A DNA stretch of 64,000 nucleotides from Octopus vulgaris (GCA_951406725.2 OX597832.1:22754001-22818000), one strand, 5' to 3'. Positions 13,701 to 27,791 are shown, counted from the first letter of the stretch. The notes: generated by a model from the letters alone, not told the origin. Made by a program: numbers and translations.

Positions 13701-14291
13701 ATATAAGCTTACAGCTTATAGCGATTACCGTACAATGGCCAAAGAATGTAATCTGATAATGGGGTATATAAGACCTCGGCAGAGAAAAAAAAAAGGTTTT
13801 TCTGTACGCGTAGAACTCGAACCCACATCTCTTTGTTTACACGACTAAGCGTGATACACCAGCGAAATAACTAGACTATTTCCTTTAGTCGTTGCGCGGT
13901 GATCGCTAAAAGGTTTAACTTTTAATAAAATACTATTACTATCATTATTTACAGAACTGTAAAACACGACACTGCTTAGCAAAACCATTCGCAGTAAATG
14001 CACATGAGAGTTTGTTTACAAAAATAACTGCAAACTGGTATAGTTCTTAAATCTGACAGCAAAAAGTAGTTTAGTTCGCTTGTGTAATCGGTAATATACT
14101 TAGTCTCGTACAACAAAGAGAGGTCGGTTCGAGTTCCAAGCGTACGGAAAAACCTACGTTTTTCTGTCGAGGGCTTATATGCCCTATTATTAGAATATTT
14201 TCTTTAGTCAGTGCGCGGTGATTACTTTAAGCTTATAAAATATTATTATTTTTTTATTCAGATAATTGCTTAACAAAACCATTCGCAGTAA
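13701..14291. mobile_element. tRNA-like-headed element present as inverted plus partial tandem copies
   Basis: 13701-13875 is a diverged reverse complement of 14066-14237; 13877-13997 is directly repeated at 14196-14291; B-box GGTTCGAGTTCC at 14126-14137. Confidence 0.65.
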
Positions 14292-14652
14292 TATATATAG
14301 AGTGTATGATTAATTAATTAATGAAATTCTACAAATCCAATCATATTTGTCAAAAATAGATAAGATGTTAAAAGAAGTTTAATCATGTATAAAATTCTTT
14401 CGTACATAGATATAAATTCGTATATGGATTTGAAAATTATCGTAGTACTCATCAGTGCAGTGAGAAAATTATAACAGGAACCTTAAAAGAGAGCAGTGAA
14501 GTTGGATCTATGAGTTTCCCGTTTGTCTGTTCGTATCTGTGTGCGATAGTGATGTGAGTCGTGTCAAATATTAAACCACATATGTACATATATACATTCA
14601 TATATATATATATATATATATATATTAATATCATTAAAATCATACATACACA

Positions 14653-14717
<65 letters not shown>

Positions 14718-14729
14718 GCATGTATAGAT

Positions 14730-14809
<80 letters not shown>

Positions 14810-15349
14810 CGAATCCACCACCGATTTCAAAGGTATGGTATATATTCCAATTTTCCTATCAAGAACTACACGCTCCTTGAACTATGTTGTACATGGCCGA
14901 GTATTCCATATTCTCTTTTAACTTATCAGTTAAACCACGCGCACAAACCATTTTCCAAGATGTCCGACAATGCCAGCTCGTTGAATGATAATTACTCACC
15001 ACCTGACACGCTTTCACACGGTTTTCCTATATTCACTCACGGACGCTATGATAATAAAACACCTGTACATGCTGCCTCGCCATGATTTCGTACCGGAAAC
15101 CTCGGAATTGAAAAGCAAACTTATGAAACACACACCCGTATCTGTGTATAATTATTCTACCGCATTGTTAATTTCGACTTTATTTGCAATGTTTTTGTTG
15201 GTTTTTTTTTCGAATTTCTCTTTGAAGAAACCCCACGGATAAAACCTATTAAATCAACATGTAATAAGTACCTACTTCTCTTCGCTGAGTAAACAAATGC
15301 TTTACCTGATTTTCTTCTCGAATTATAGAATTTCACATAACAATAATTA

Positions 15350-15900
<551 letters not shown>

Positions 15901-16315
15901 GCATACCACCACCTTCCTCTCCTTGAAACGCCGTTCCATAAACGGGTTCAGCCCCATCGCCATCCATTTCTACTCAACCTCTATTATCATTATATAATTA
16001 TTTACACACAACGTTTAATGAAATAAGCAATAGAGAATACAAATTAAATCTCAAGTATATTTATATATCGTTAAAATATCTCTTTACGTATCCCACTTGC
16101 CATGTGGTAAACGATAAGCAAATAGTTAGCATTTCATATTTCTTGGCTAATAAAAATTTAAGAAAAACATCCAAATTTATAAACAAACTTTTCTTCTTTG
16201 TACAACAATGGCCTCTTCGTGTTGCCAACAATTAAATCACGCAAGAATAATTTTCAAATTTTGCTGTTGCGCAACGAAATAAAGCTTATCTGAAATAGCG
16301 AATATTTATAATATA

Positions 16316-16706
16316 TCTTTATATATAAAAGAGAAGTAGTGTGTCTCTCTCCTACGATTTAGATTCCTAACTACTCCCACATTTTGCGGTGCAGTGTAAC
16401 CAAAAGCGGGTATCTTATAGTCGTAATTCATATGGAGCCCTTCTGGGTATTAGCGCGCGTCTACGATGAGTCTACGATTTTAAAAATAATTTACCATCAT
16501 TTTTTCCATTTTAATGCATTTTTTTCGCTAAGGGAAGTAAATCTCTAAAGATGTCTACGATGAGTCAACGATTTAAAAAAAAATTTACCATAATTTTTTT
16601 TCCATTTTTAATGCATTTTTTTGCTATTTCTTGGCTATAACTCTCTAAAAATGCTTATATAGTTATTTCCCTTACAAACCCGAGCAACGCCGGGCGATAC
16701 TGCTAG
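16316..16706 (+). mobile_element. Non-autonomous Helitron
   Basis: A|TCTTTATATATAAAA 5' end, subterminal hairpin CCCGAGCAACGCCGGG, CTAG|T 3' end, no TSD; internal ~70-bp duplication (16459-16530 / 16553-16626). Confidence 0.85.
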
Positions 16707-17075
16707 TAATATATACAAGGATGCGACCTGCGATATTTTGTCGCAGTAGATACTTCTATCTACGTAGGCGTAGCTTTACGATCCGAGAACGAAAGCTTAG
16801 TCCATGGAAGGGTACCGCAATTCTCCTCCAATACCTAAGAGGATCAAAATACAGTGATAAGCTCAGAAAGTCAAGGTGGCTGTCATTGTTCATGACAAAT
16901 TGGCCATCCTCCTTGAATGTCACACTATTTCTTTAAATGTTCTGTGTTCTGGCATTTACATGTATTGACAAAAAATTTTGAGATGTATTGTGCAACAGAT
17001 TCTATTAACAGCACGCGCTCGCAGACACACACACACACTTAGGATTCATAAATAATTGTTATTATCACTCCTCAG

Positions 17076-17912
17076 ACGGTGAGCTAGTAGAATGGTTAGT
17101 GCACAGTGTGGGCTGGCACAAACGTTGGCATGTTAGCAAAGGCGACGGGCTGGCACAAACGTTAGTACACCGGGCGAAATGTTTAGCGGTATTTCGTCTG
17201 TCGTAACGTTCTGAGTTCAAATTCCGCCGAGGTCGACTTTGCCTTTCATCATTTCGGGGGTCGATAAATTAAGCACCAGTTATGCACTCTGGGTCGATGT
17301 AATCGACTTGATCCGTTTGTCTGTCCTCTCTATGTTTAGCCCCTTGTGGGCAATAAAGAAATAGGTATTTCGTCTGTCGCTACGTTCTGAGTTCAAATTC
17401 CGCCGAGGTCGACTTTGCCTTTCATCCTTTCAGGGTCGATAAATTAAGTACCAGTTACGCACTGGGGTCGATGTAATCGACTTAATCCGTTTGTCTGTCC
17501 TTGTTTGTCCCCTCTATGTTTAGCCCCTTGTGGGCAATAAAGAAATAGGTATTTCGTCTGTCGCTACGTTCTGAGTTCAAATTCCACCGAGGTCGACTTT
17601 GCCTTTCATCCTTTCAGGGTCGATAAATTGAGTACCAGTTACGCACTGGGGTCGATGTAATCGACTTAATCCGTTTGTCTGTCCTTGTTTGTCCCCTCTA
17701 TGTTTAGCCCCTTGTGGGCAATAAAGAAATAAGAACGGTTAGCGCACAGGGTAAAATGATTTGCAACATTTAGTCCGTCTTCCCGTTGTGAGTTCAAATT
17801 CCGCCGTGGTCGACTTTGCCTTTCTTCCTTTTGAGATTCAATAAATTAAGTACCAGTTTAGTACTGAGATCAATGTAATCGACTTAATTCCTCCCCAAAT
17901 TTGCTGGCCTAG
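17076..17912 (+). mobile_element. Tandem multimer of SINE family 1
   Basis: Units restart at GGTATTTCGTC at 17188, 17364 and 17548 (periods 176 and 184 bp), followed by an older diverged copy. Confidence 0.9.
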
Positions 17913-18189
17913 CATCAAAATTCTACTTTTGAGCTTCCAGGTACAGCGAAGCAGAGACATTTCTTGGGTTTTGTGACTCGGTACAAAGGCATGCGCTTGC
18001 TGTTCATAGCGTGATTTAAAAGTTTCTACAGTCAACCCGCGGTGAACTGGCAGAAACTTTAGGTCGCTAGGCAAAATACTTAGCGGCATTTCCTCCATCT
18101 TAATGTTCCGAGTTCAAATTCCGCTGTAGTCGACTTTGCTTTACATCCTTTCGGGGTTCGGTGATTGCTGAGATCGATGTACTCGACAT

Positions 18190-18280
<91 letters not shown>

Positions 18281-18282
<2 letters not shown>

Positions 18283-18452
18283 AGAATTCACAAAAAAGGA
18301 AAAGACGAAGCAGGTGGTGTAGAAAGCAAACAGATGTATTAGTATAACGCTCGGGAATTGAAAAAAGTCTTTAACGTTTCGAGCCTACGCTCTTCTACAG
18401 AAAGGAACACAGAAGGAAACAAGGAGAGAAAAAAATGTGTGTAGTGGCTAAT
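18281..18452 (-). mobile_element. Family H1 hammerhead-bearing short element
   Basis: CTTT-CTGTAGA-A-GAGC-GTAG-GCTC-GAAAC-GTT-AAAG at 18369-18404 (minus); 3' end abuts (TA)n. Confidence 0.75.
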
Positions 18453-19114
18453 GACACATTAAATTGTCTACCCGCTAGAAATAAGAACCGCCAAAAAGTC
18501 TTCACTGAAAACAACAGATTCAACGGTATAATATATAACTATGTAAATGTAGTCAAGTGTAAATGTCAGCAGGATTTCTAGTGTTATTCGGTTGTAAAAC
18601 ATGAATTTACCAAGTGTTTAATATCGTGTGCAGGGAACAGCTTAGAAATCCGTTTTCTTATCGCAGAAGATTGCCATAACAAAAATTATCTCTGAGAAAA
18701 TATAAAATATATCTATACCCAATTAGCGTAATGGATTTGAGTTGTCGCTAAAAATAATTAGATCTGAGACACCAGAGAATCACTCTGCTTTATGATTTGA
18801 TTTATGAATACAATCCATCATGTTTGGTCGTCTTAGGAAAAGCACTTGTTAAAATGAAATTTGCCGTTTTGAGTAAACACCTATAGGGTATATTTATCTC
18901 ATTGTCGGATTCATAGTTTTTCCCTTTCTAATATCAATTTCTTTCAATAATTTTTCTGTCTTACATTTTTCTATGTCTTACACATTTGTTTCATTCATTA
19001 AAGTTCGGCCAGTCAGAAATATATACAGAAAAGTTGAAGATCAGTCACTGGTGTTGCAAGTGGGTGCTCGACTGATTAAACATTCATTACTCGCAGTATC
19101 TGGAAACACTGGAA

Positions 19115-19496
19115 GCACTCCGTCGGTTACGACGATGAGGGTTCCGGTTGATCCGAATCAACGGAACAGCCTGCTCGTGAAATTAACGTGTAAGTGGCTG
19201 AGCACTCCGCAGACACGTGCACCCTTAACGTAGTTCTCGGGGATATAAAGCGTGACACAGAGCGTGACAAGGCCGACCCCTTGAAATACAGGTACAACAG
19301 AAACAGGAAGTAAGAGTGAGAGAAAGTTGTGATGAAAGAGTACGGCAGGGATTACCACCATCCCCTGCTGGAGCCTCGTGGAGCTTTTTTAGGTGTTTCG
19401 CTCAATAAACACTCACAACGCCCGGTCTGGGAATCGAAACCGCGAACCTATGACCGCGAGTCCGCTGCCCTAACCACTGGGCCATTGCGCCTCCAC
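19115..19496 (-). mobile_element. SINE family 3, near full length
   Basis: tRNA-like head with A box TGGCCCAGTGG and B box GTTTCGATTCC followed by a non-tRNA body. Confidence 0.85.
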
Positions 19497-19670
19497 AGTT
19501 AAAATATACTGCAGTGCTGAATTCGGTCTCAGCATAATGGCTGTGAATACACGCTACTGATAACGCTCAATGAGACTGGAATACGTCCAACGTTAGCATT
19601 CGCCGTAGCTAGGACAAGTTCCGTTTCCGTTATATAGAAACTGTGTTATCTAACACAACCCTTCCATGTA

Positions 19671-20141
19671 TTGGGTTGGCAACTAAGTTACCTCCGTTTT
19701 TTTTTTATTTTGGAATTGATTGCGTTTTTAAATTTTGGAATCTATTTTTTCCGAGAATTCTATTTTTGAATCATTTTGGAATCTATTTTATTTTTCAAAT
19801 TAATTTTTTGTTAATTTTTGTTTATTTTCAGATCACTAAAATGGAATGTCAAGTTAAGAAAAGCGAGCATTTTCGACAACTCCTTCTTTTTGCTTTTAAT
19901 CAAGGTTCTAAGGTCACAAAAGCTTCTCGCGAAATTTGTGATGCGTATGGAGAGGGTGCTATAGCTGAAAGAACCGCTCGTGGTTGGTATGCCAAGTTCA
20001 AAAAGGGAAATTTTGATTTCAGAGATGCACCTCGTTCTGGCCATCCAGTTGAGTTCAATGAAGAGCGATTAAACCAACTTTTGCACGAAAATTCTCGTCA
20101 AACGACAAAGGAATTCGCAGAGAAAAAAAAGGAATGCTCAA
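19671..20141 (+). mobile_element. Mariner (mellifera-like) 5' fragment: TIR and N-terminal HTH region
   Basis: TA|TTGGGTTGGCAACTAAGT TIR; ATG at 19841, MECQVKKSEHFRQLLLFAFNQG...WYAKFKKGNFDFRDAPRSGHP; truncated after about 100 aa. Confidence 0.9.
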
Positions 20142-20409
20142 TCCGGTGAGCTGAATACGTTGTACATTGATATTTATTTGCTTAATCAATCCCGTAATTA
20201 ATCGAGTTATCATCTAATTTATGAAGCAGTTTTCTTCCGAGCCAGTCCTTTCTGAGCTTTAAAAGCAGATGTTTGATGATATATTGGAAGATCTACATAA
20301 TCTAAAACAGAAGAAGAGTGTAGCTGAAAGTAGATGCCTCAGATTTCTTCTCATAAGTTCTTTTACTGTACCCTGTTTTTTGTCTGGAGAGATATTTCTC
20401 TATCAGATT

Positions 20410-20650
20410 CAGTAAAGCTGAAGTGTATAGGAACACATTACCAGTAGTGCCTGTTTAATATCAAAATAAAGCGGGTTGACTGTAGAAACTTTTAAATCAC
20501 GCTATGAACAGCAAGCGCATGCCTTTGTACCGAGTCACAAAACCCAAGCAACGTCTCTGCTTCACTGCGCCTGGAAGCTCAAGAGCAGAATTCACGACAC
20601 TTCCATGAGAATGAAGTATCCTTAAAAATCCTATACCTTATGTAGTTGTT
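20410..20650 (+). pseudogene. Penelope-like GIY-YIG endonuclease fragment
   Basis: KAEV...GLTVETFKSRYEQQAHAF..TSLLHCAWKLK resembles the YKA.V..YIGLT..TFK.RY..H..SF..T.LS..IW.LK pattern of PLE endonucleases. Confidence 0.55.
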
Positions 20651-20720
20651 ATGTACAGTGCATGCATTCCTTTATACCCAATCACAAAATCCAAGCAACT
20701 TCTCTGTCTCACTGCATCCG

Positions 20721-21268
20721 AAAGCTCAGAAAGGACTGGCTCGGGAGAAAACTGCTTCATAAATTAGATGATAACTCGATTAATTACGGGATTGATTAAG
20801 CAAATAAATATCAATGTACAACGTATTCAGCTCACCGGATTGAGCATTCCTTTTTTTTCTCTGCGAATTCCTTTGTCGTTTGACGAGAATTTTCGTGCAA
20901 AAGTTGGTTTAATCGCTCTTCATCGAACTCAACTGGACGGCCAGAATGAGGTGCATCTTTGAAATAAAAATTTCCCTTTTTGAACTTGGCATACCAACCA
21001 CGAGCGGTTCTTTCAGCTATAGCACCCTCTCCATACGCATCACAAATTTCGCGAGAAGCTTTTGAGACCTTAGAACCTTGATTAAAAGCAAAAAGAAGGA
21101 GTTGTTGAATATGCTCGCTTTTCTTAACTTGACATTCCATTTTAGTGATCTGAAAATAAACAAAAATTAACAAAAAATTAATTTGAAAAATAAAATAGAT
21201 TCCAAAATGATTCAAAAATAGAATTCTCGTAAAAAATAGATTCCAAAATTTAAAAACGTAATCAATTC
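20721..21268 (-). repeat. Inverted duplicate of 19713-20260 (mariner fragment plus flank)
   Basis: 548-bp arms with about a dozen differences by eye and a 460-bp spacer. Confidence 0.95.
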
Positions 21269-21650
21269 ACAATACCTTCGTTAAAATGTAGTATCCTTAA
21301 AAATTCTATATCTTCTGTAGTCAGTCGCTTTACTTTTACCTTCATATTTTTTTTATTCTTCCTTCTTCTTTTACCTTTTACACTTGCGCTTTTGGTTTAC
21401 CATTCTCTATCCTTATAGATTAAACTCTAACTTTCAACCTACAGCTTCTTCCTACACAATCTCCTTCATCTAATAGATCATTGATATAAGCAAGATCTAA
21501 CACCAACGACCACAGCTGTTACTTTTGAAGCGGAAGCAAAACGCCATCAACTACAACAACAACAACATCAATACAAAATGACTGCCACTAGATCACCAAT
21601 CAGTGCTAGTTACGAATCAATTCCAATGCAGATCACCGATAAACATTATT

Positions 21651-21681
<31 letters not shown>

Positions 21682-21870
21682 AAGTGGCAGCTGCAGCTGT
21701 TGTAGTAGTAATAGTTTGTATTGTTATTGTTGTTGTTGTTTATTTAGTCCTTCAACCCCCCCCCCACTAATGTCTGCACACTATGCTTATACCACACTGC
21801 AATGCTGAAATTAATTTTCAAATTCTAAGTTGCTCACTTTAAATTAAATTCTGAATGATTTAGTGACAAT

Positions 21871-21901
<31 letters not shown>

Positions 21902-22114
21902 ATGATAATGATGATGATAATGATGATGATGATGATGATGATGATGACGATGATGATGGTGGTGGTGTCGGTGGTAGTGGTGTTAATTATAATCATTATT
22001 ACATTGCTGATATTCGCGTGGTGATGGTTATGTTGTTGTTGTTGCTGATGCTGAGGACATATTATGACGACGAAGACGATGACGGTGGTAATGATGATGA
22101 TGATGATGATGATG

Positions 22115-22150
<36 letters not shown>

Positions 22151-23739
22151 GTCGTCGTTGTCGTCATGGTGACTAATGAAAATGTTGGAACTTATGCAAC
22201 TCTTGCTGCTGCAAAGGAAGATGATAATGATAATGAAGACGATGATGGCGATGATGGCGATGATGATGAAAATTATGACAAGATTAATGGTGGCACTAGC
22301 GCTGTTGCTGCTGCTGCTGCTGGTGGTGATAAGGATGAAGACGATGACGACGTTTACAATGATGATGACGATGATGTAACTGAAGCATTGCCGAGATGTA
22401 CCAATTCTTTATGACCAACTCAGTCAATTACATCTGTAATATCCCTACCACTGCCAGATAATAACCTACCCTTATCACCCCTTAACTTTTGTGTTTGAGT
22501 ATCCCACCACGAATCCCTAATATTTTTGGATACTTAAAGAAGCTGGTGTATATATAGTTGGTTAGTGAACATTTGCCTTTAAGCTATAGTCTCACCTGAC
22601 ACGCTGGGTGCGTCTAGAAGGGTACCTTATTTTACAAGCATCTGAGCATTTTGAGAATACTTTCCTATTTAATTGCTGGCTCTGCAAAGTACCATAGCTA
22701 CTGCATAAGGTTTATAAAACAAGACATTCAATTGTTGTTCGATCTTGTTTCACTTTCAGTAGGTCCAATGCAAAACTGTCACCCAAAGTTATAAATATTA
22801 ATGAGTAAATTTGAACAGTCTGGGTACTATAACATCATGCATGCCTATTGCATGAACGCACAAACTGCAGATTATTAAATCGAACCAAGTACTTAACCGT
22901 AACGTTATTTTATCGACCTCGGAAGGTTGAAGGGTCACTTGATGTCGACTGACATTAAGGTGAAAAACCGGAAGAGCTGGAGCGAAATTTGCACATTAGT
23001 TCGACACACTAAATGTTGGCAAATAAAATGCTGTAATAGCAGTTACATTATCCTAAAGAGAAACACGAAACCATTACCACATTTCTTCAAAGAAAAACAA
23101 ACTGGTCAAAATAGTTGGAAGCTGAACAGGTAAAAGCTCTGTTCTTTCAAAATTAACATTTCCCATCTTTTGTAATCATACACTGGTCGCGAACATGCTT
23201 TGTAAGGACTGATTTAGTCTCACCTTAACGACATAGAATACACGATCACTCCTTAATGTACCTGATGAAAAGCCAGCATCACATCATTGTGGTTCGGTGG
23301 CCGTTGGGGAACATCTAATGGTCAGTGATACATCACCAGCTGTTATTTGTTTCTGTTCTTATCTGGAAAATCTCATCGAGCAAGAAGATTTGAGCTGGGA
23401 TAGAGTGACTCTACGTTTCTCTACAAGTAACTATAATGGCCCAAAATGTGTATTCAGTATTCTTTCTGTCACCTCTTTAGTCTGATACTTATATTCATAT
23501 ACATATATGCACAAACACGCCCATGGAAATACACAAACACACACACAGACACACACACACATCATGATGTATATATATAATGTGGATTTTTAATGCTGCC
23601 ATTGGTTTCAACAATATGATTGCAGGTATGAAGCCTTCCCTTAAGAAATATTGCTAATATATACATATATATAAATTTATAGAGAGACAGAGAGAAAATG
23701 ATATATAGATGCATAACTATATTCTTCTATGCGTACGTA

Positions 23740-24165
23740 CAGGGTACGGTGAATAAAATGTCAGCTAAATTACGCAAAAAATGGAAATAATATTGACACC
23801 TCATTTTAACATATATCTACCAAAATTACGTAAAAATATCTTGAAATACTAAAGAGTAAATTTATTCAATAAAATCGTCATTGGCTTCAACCATGGTTGA
23901 CTTCGGAATTCCCTGCAACTCTTCTGGACGGTCTCTCTGTTTAAGTTGGTGAATGCTGCCATAATCCTTGCCTTCAGTTCATATTTGGTGTTACAAGGTA
24001 TTATGTTGGTCTTTCGCTCAGCTGCGCTCCACGCATAACTATCAAGGGGTTTGCTGTCTAGTGAGTTAGGTGGCGAGATGTTTGGGGTGATGTAGTTGCA
24101 GAAATTGTCTGACAGCCATGACTGGGTTCTCCTGCTTGTGTAGCATGAAGCAGAGTCCTGTTGTT
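23740..24165 (-). mobile_element. maT/DD37D Tc1-mariner 3' fragment with TIR
   Basis: QQDSAS...SPPNSLDSKPLD with 37 residues between the two Asp; ends VEANDDFIE*; TA|CAGGGT terminus. Confidence 0.85.
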
Positions 24166-24260
24166 TTTTAACACCCTAGTCGCATTTAGTGACAATTAAC
24201 TCTCTATATGTCTGTATTCATACTTACATACATTAACACACACACACACATATATATATA

Positions 24261-24297
<37 letters not shown>

Positions 24298-24480
24298 GTG
24301 CATGTATTCATTTTCCCAATTCGTGTAAATGTGTATAGAATAATATATAAGTTGAATAAAGTTACAATATGGCCTGGTTTTCACGATTTTTATAATTGTA
24401 TTTTTTTAAAATTATACAATGACGATTGGTCATTTTACTACAGTTGTCAAGAACTCAACTGTCAGTTTACATTTTGAAAT

Positions 24481-24512
24481 CTGACGATTACTACAAACGT
24501 ATGAAAGCGCTA
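24481..24512 (+). ncRNA. Degenerate PLE-type hammerhead core
   Basis: CTGACGA..TAC/GTA..GAAA-GCGC-TA with palindromic stem III AGCGCT; stem I not preserved. Confidence 0.35.
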
Positions 24513-24641
24513 ACCGACCTCTATGAATATTACAAAATATTTCTTTAATGTTTAAAGCAATCCATCACTAAAAAAATTGAAACAAAAATAAAGAACGTAA
24601 AAACCAGACAATGTAATTTCATTCAACAAGCTGATATATAT

Positions 24642-24928
24642 GTGGAGGCGCATGGTATAGTGGTTACAGCAGCGGACTCGCGGTCGAGGGATCGCGGGTT
24701 CGAATCTCAGACCGGGCGATGTGTGTGTTTATGAGCGAAACACCTAGGCTCCACGCGGCTCCTGCAGAAGGTAATGGCGAACTTCTGCTGACTCTTTCAC
24801 CACAACATTCTCTCACTCTTTCCTCCTGCATCTTGCAGCTCACCTGCGACGGACCGGAGTCCCGTCCAGTTGGGGAACCTGTACGCCAAGGAAACCGGGT
24901 AACCGGCCCTTATGAGCCAGGTGTGGCT
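24642..24928 (+). mobile_element. SINE family 3 variant
   Basis: GTGGAGGCGCATGG...GGTTCGAATCTCAGACCGGGCG head; 3' body differs from the 19115 copy. Confidence 0.8.
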
Positions 24929-25095
24929 GATTTCGACCTATCCTACATCGGTCTCTTATGGGTACGATCTTGTATATCCAGTTGTGTTGCATTCATCAAT
25001 CAAGGCTATCTCGTCAGGTGTCTCGTTTTAAATAAGATACCTCACTACATTTACTGAGTTTCGCCCGTAGTAGGTTGGCTACACTGACCATATCC

Positions 25096-25097
<2 letters not shown>

Positions 25098-25128
<31 letters not shown>

Positions 25129-25515
25129 TGTATGTATGTATGTATGTATGTATGTATGTATGTATGTATGTATGTATGTATGTATGTATGTATGTATGTA
25201 TGTATGTATGTATGTATGTATGTATGTATGTATGTATGTATGTATGTATACACGGATGGATGGATGGGTGGATGGATTGCTGAATCGAAGATTGTATGTA
25301 ATTATGTATACTATTTTCGTTATTATTTCTATTACTTATAGCAACTGAGGTTTACTCTGAGTTATGCTTTATCTTCTATTCCAAATATCATGTGAATGGT
25401 TTCTGAGGTAAGACATCGACTAATAATTCATGCAGCTTCATCAGATAAAAATACGTACACTACTTCACGAATTACGAGTACTTTATCCCCAAGCGGCAAA
25501 TACAAATGTTATTTC

Positions 25516-25592
<77 letters not shown>

Positions 25593-25825
25593 GCTATCTG
25601 TCTGTCTGACTGTCTGTTTCTCCACGTATTTATTTGTTAGTCTGTCTATCTATCTCTTACTCTATCTGCATCACTCTCTCTTTCTCTCTCTCTCACAATA
25701 TATATATATATATATAAGTATATTAGTGTATGCATATATACATATAAATATATACGTATACATATATCTAGACATGCATACACACATACATACATATGTA
25801 CATACATACATACATACATACAAAC

Positions 25826-25856
<31 letters not shown>

Positions 25857-25923
25857 CATACATACATGCATACATACATAACATACCTACATATGTACAT
25901 ACATACATACGTACGTACATACA

Positions 25924-25959
<36 letters not shown>

Positions 25960-26360
25960 TATACATACACACATACATACATACATACATACAAACTTAC
26001 ATACATACATACATACATACATATATACATGCATACATGCACACACACACACACACATACATACATACATACATACATACATACATACATACATACATGC
26101 ATACATACACACACACACACACACATACATACATACATACATACATACATACATACACATACATACATACATACATACATACATACATACATACATACAT
26201 ACATACGTACGTACATACATACATACATACATACATATATACATACATACATACATAATACATACATACATACATACATACATACATACATACATACATA
26301 CATACATACATACATACATACGTACGTACGTACATACATACATACATACATACATATATA
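25098..26360. repeat. (TATG)n, (TCTA)n and (CATA)n microsatellite cluster
   Basis: Direct reading. Confidence 0.9.
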
Positions 26361-26683
26361 AGTGCATAATGGACTGCAGCATGCAGAGTCGATTTGGTCG
26401 TTATATCATAATTCAATTTCATTTGAAAGTAGAAACATCGAGAAGATAATGAGAGACAAAATGGCCGACATAAATGATCGCTGTGAGGGATGTTACTGCT
26501 GCAGAGCAATGATGTATCGAGTTAAAATACTACATGGCAAATAAATGGTTAAAACATAATAGACACTGATTGGTATGTCTTGGATGAAGTAAAGGAAAAC
26601 ATCTATGTATACATACATACATACATACATATACATACATATATATATCTATATATGTATATATTTATATATATATATATATA

Positions 26684-26721
<38 letters not shown>

Positions 26722-26934
26722 TATATACATATATATATATATATACGTATGTATGTATGTATGTATGTATGTATGTATATACATATGTATGTATATCAGT
26801 TATATAATATTTGTTATTTTCTAATTTCTTATCGGATAAGAAAATAAATTAAAATTACAACAAACACACTTACACAGACACGCATGCACACGCAACGTAT
26901 ATATGTATTTATGTATATATATATATATATATAA

Positions 26935-26979
<45 letters not shown>

Positions 26980-27183
26980 CATTCACACACACACATATAT
27001 ATATATACATACATATATACATATGTGTATATATATTTATATATACACACATACACACACATATACATACGCACACATACATACATACATACATACATAT
27101 ATACATATGTATATATATATATTTATATATACACACATACACACACATATGCATACGGACACATACATACATACATACATACA

Positions 27184-27217
<34 letters not shown>

Positions 27218-27746
27218 CATACACACATACGTGTATGTATATATACACACATATTAAGAGGAACACATATTAAGCGGAAAAATTACCAAATTGACATAGA
27301 AGTCAATAGACGTATGAGATTTTCGAAAAAAATATTTCGAATATAAAACCGTAAGTTAGAAGGTTCCCTGTTGAAGTCTATCAAATATGGCAGACTGCAC
27401 GTTGTTAGGAGAGAAATTTATTATCGAAAATTACGTGTGTCACGGTCTAGCTGATTGGTTACGAAAGCCACTTTGTAACCGATGTCGTTTCGAGTTCACT
27501 TCCACAGCACATAACATCAGGAAATCTAATCCGCTATTGTCGCTAGCGAACCAAAATTTGACAGTGAAGTGACGTTTGACAGTGAGTTTGACGGGACGCT
27601 ATCAAGGTTATGAAGTCAGCGGGAGAGAAATGCGCGCCATTTCGGAGATCTTCCTCATGACCCCATTATTGCGTACTCACTCCTCTCACTCGATCAACTA
27701 GTTTCTAAGCTTCACTCAATATTCTTTTTGCCATTGCTCATAGTAT

Positions 27747-27790
<44 letters not shown>

Positions 27791-27791
<1 letters not shown>

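Noticed and set aside
14410-14455. CTGATGA-GTA..TAC-GAAT on the minus strand
   Set aside because: GAAA is not intact and there is no stem I or III, so it is likely chance.
17188-17731. Regular repeats that could be mistaken for a CRISPR array or satellite
   Set aside because: The units are ~180-bp SINE bodies with no unique spacers, the context is eukaryotic and there are no cas genes.
19420-19496. tRNA-like sequence (also at 24642 and 61510)
   Set aside because: The A/B boxes continue into SINE bodies shared by dispersed copies; these are SINE heads, not tRNA genes.
19643-20149. 168-aa ORF as a functional or domesticated transposase
   Set aside because: Only the N-terminal ~100 aa are present with no catalytic domain; the upstream extension is TIR/UTR sequence.
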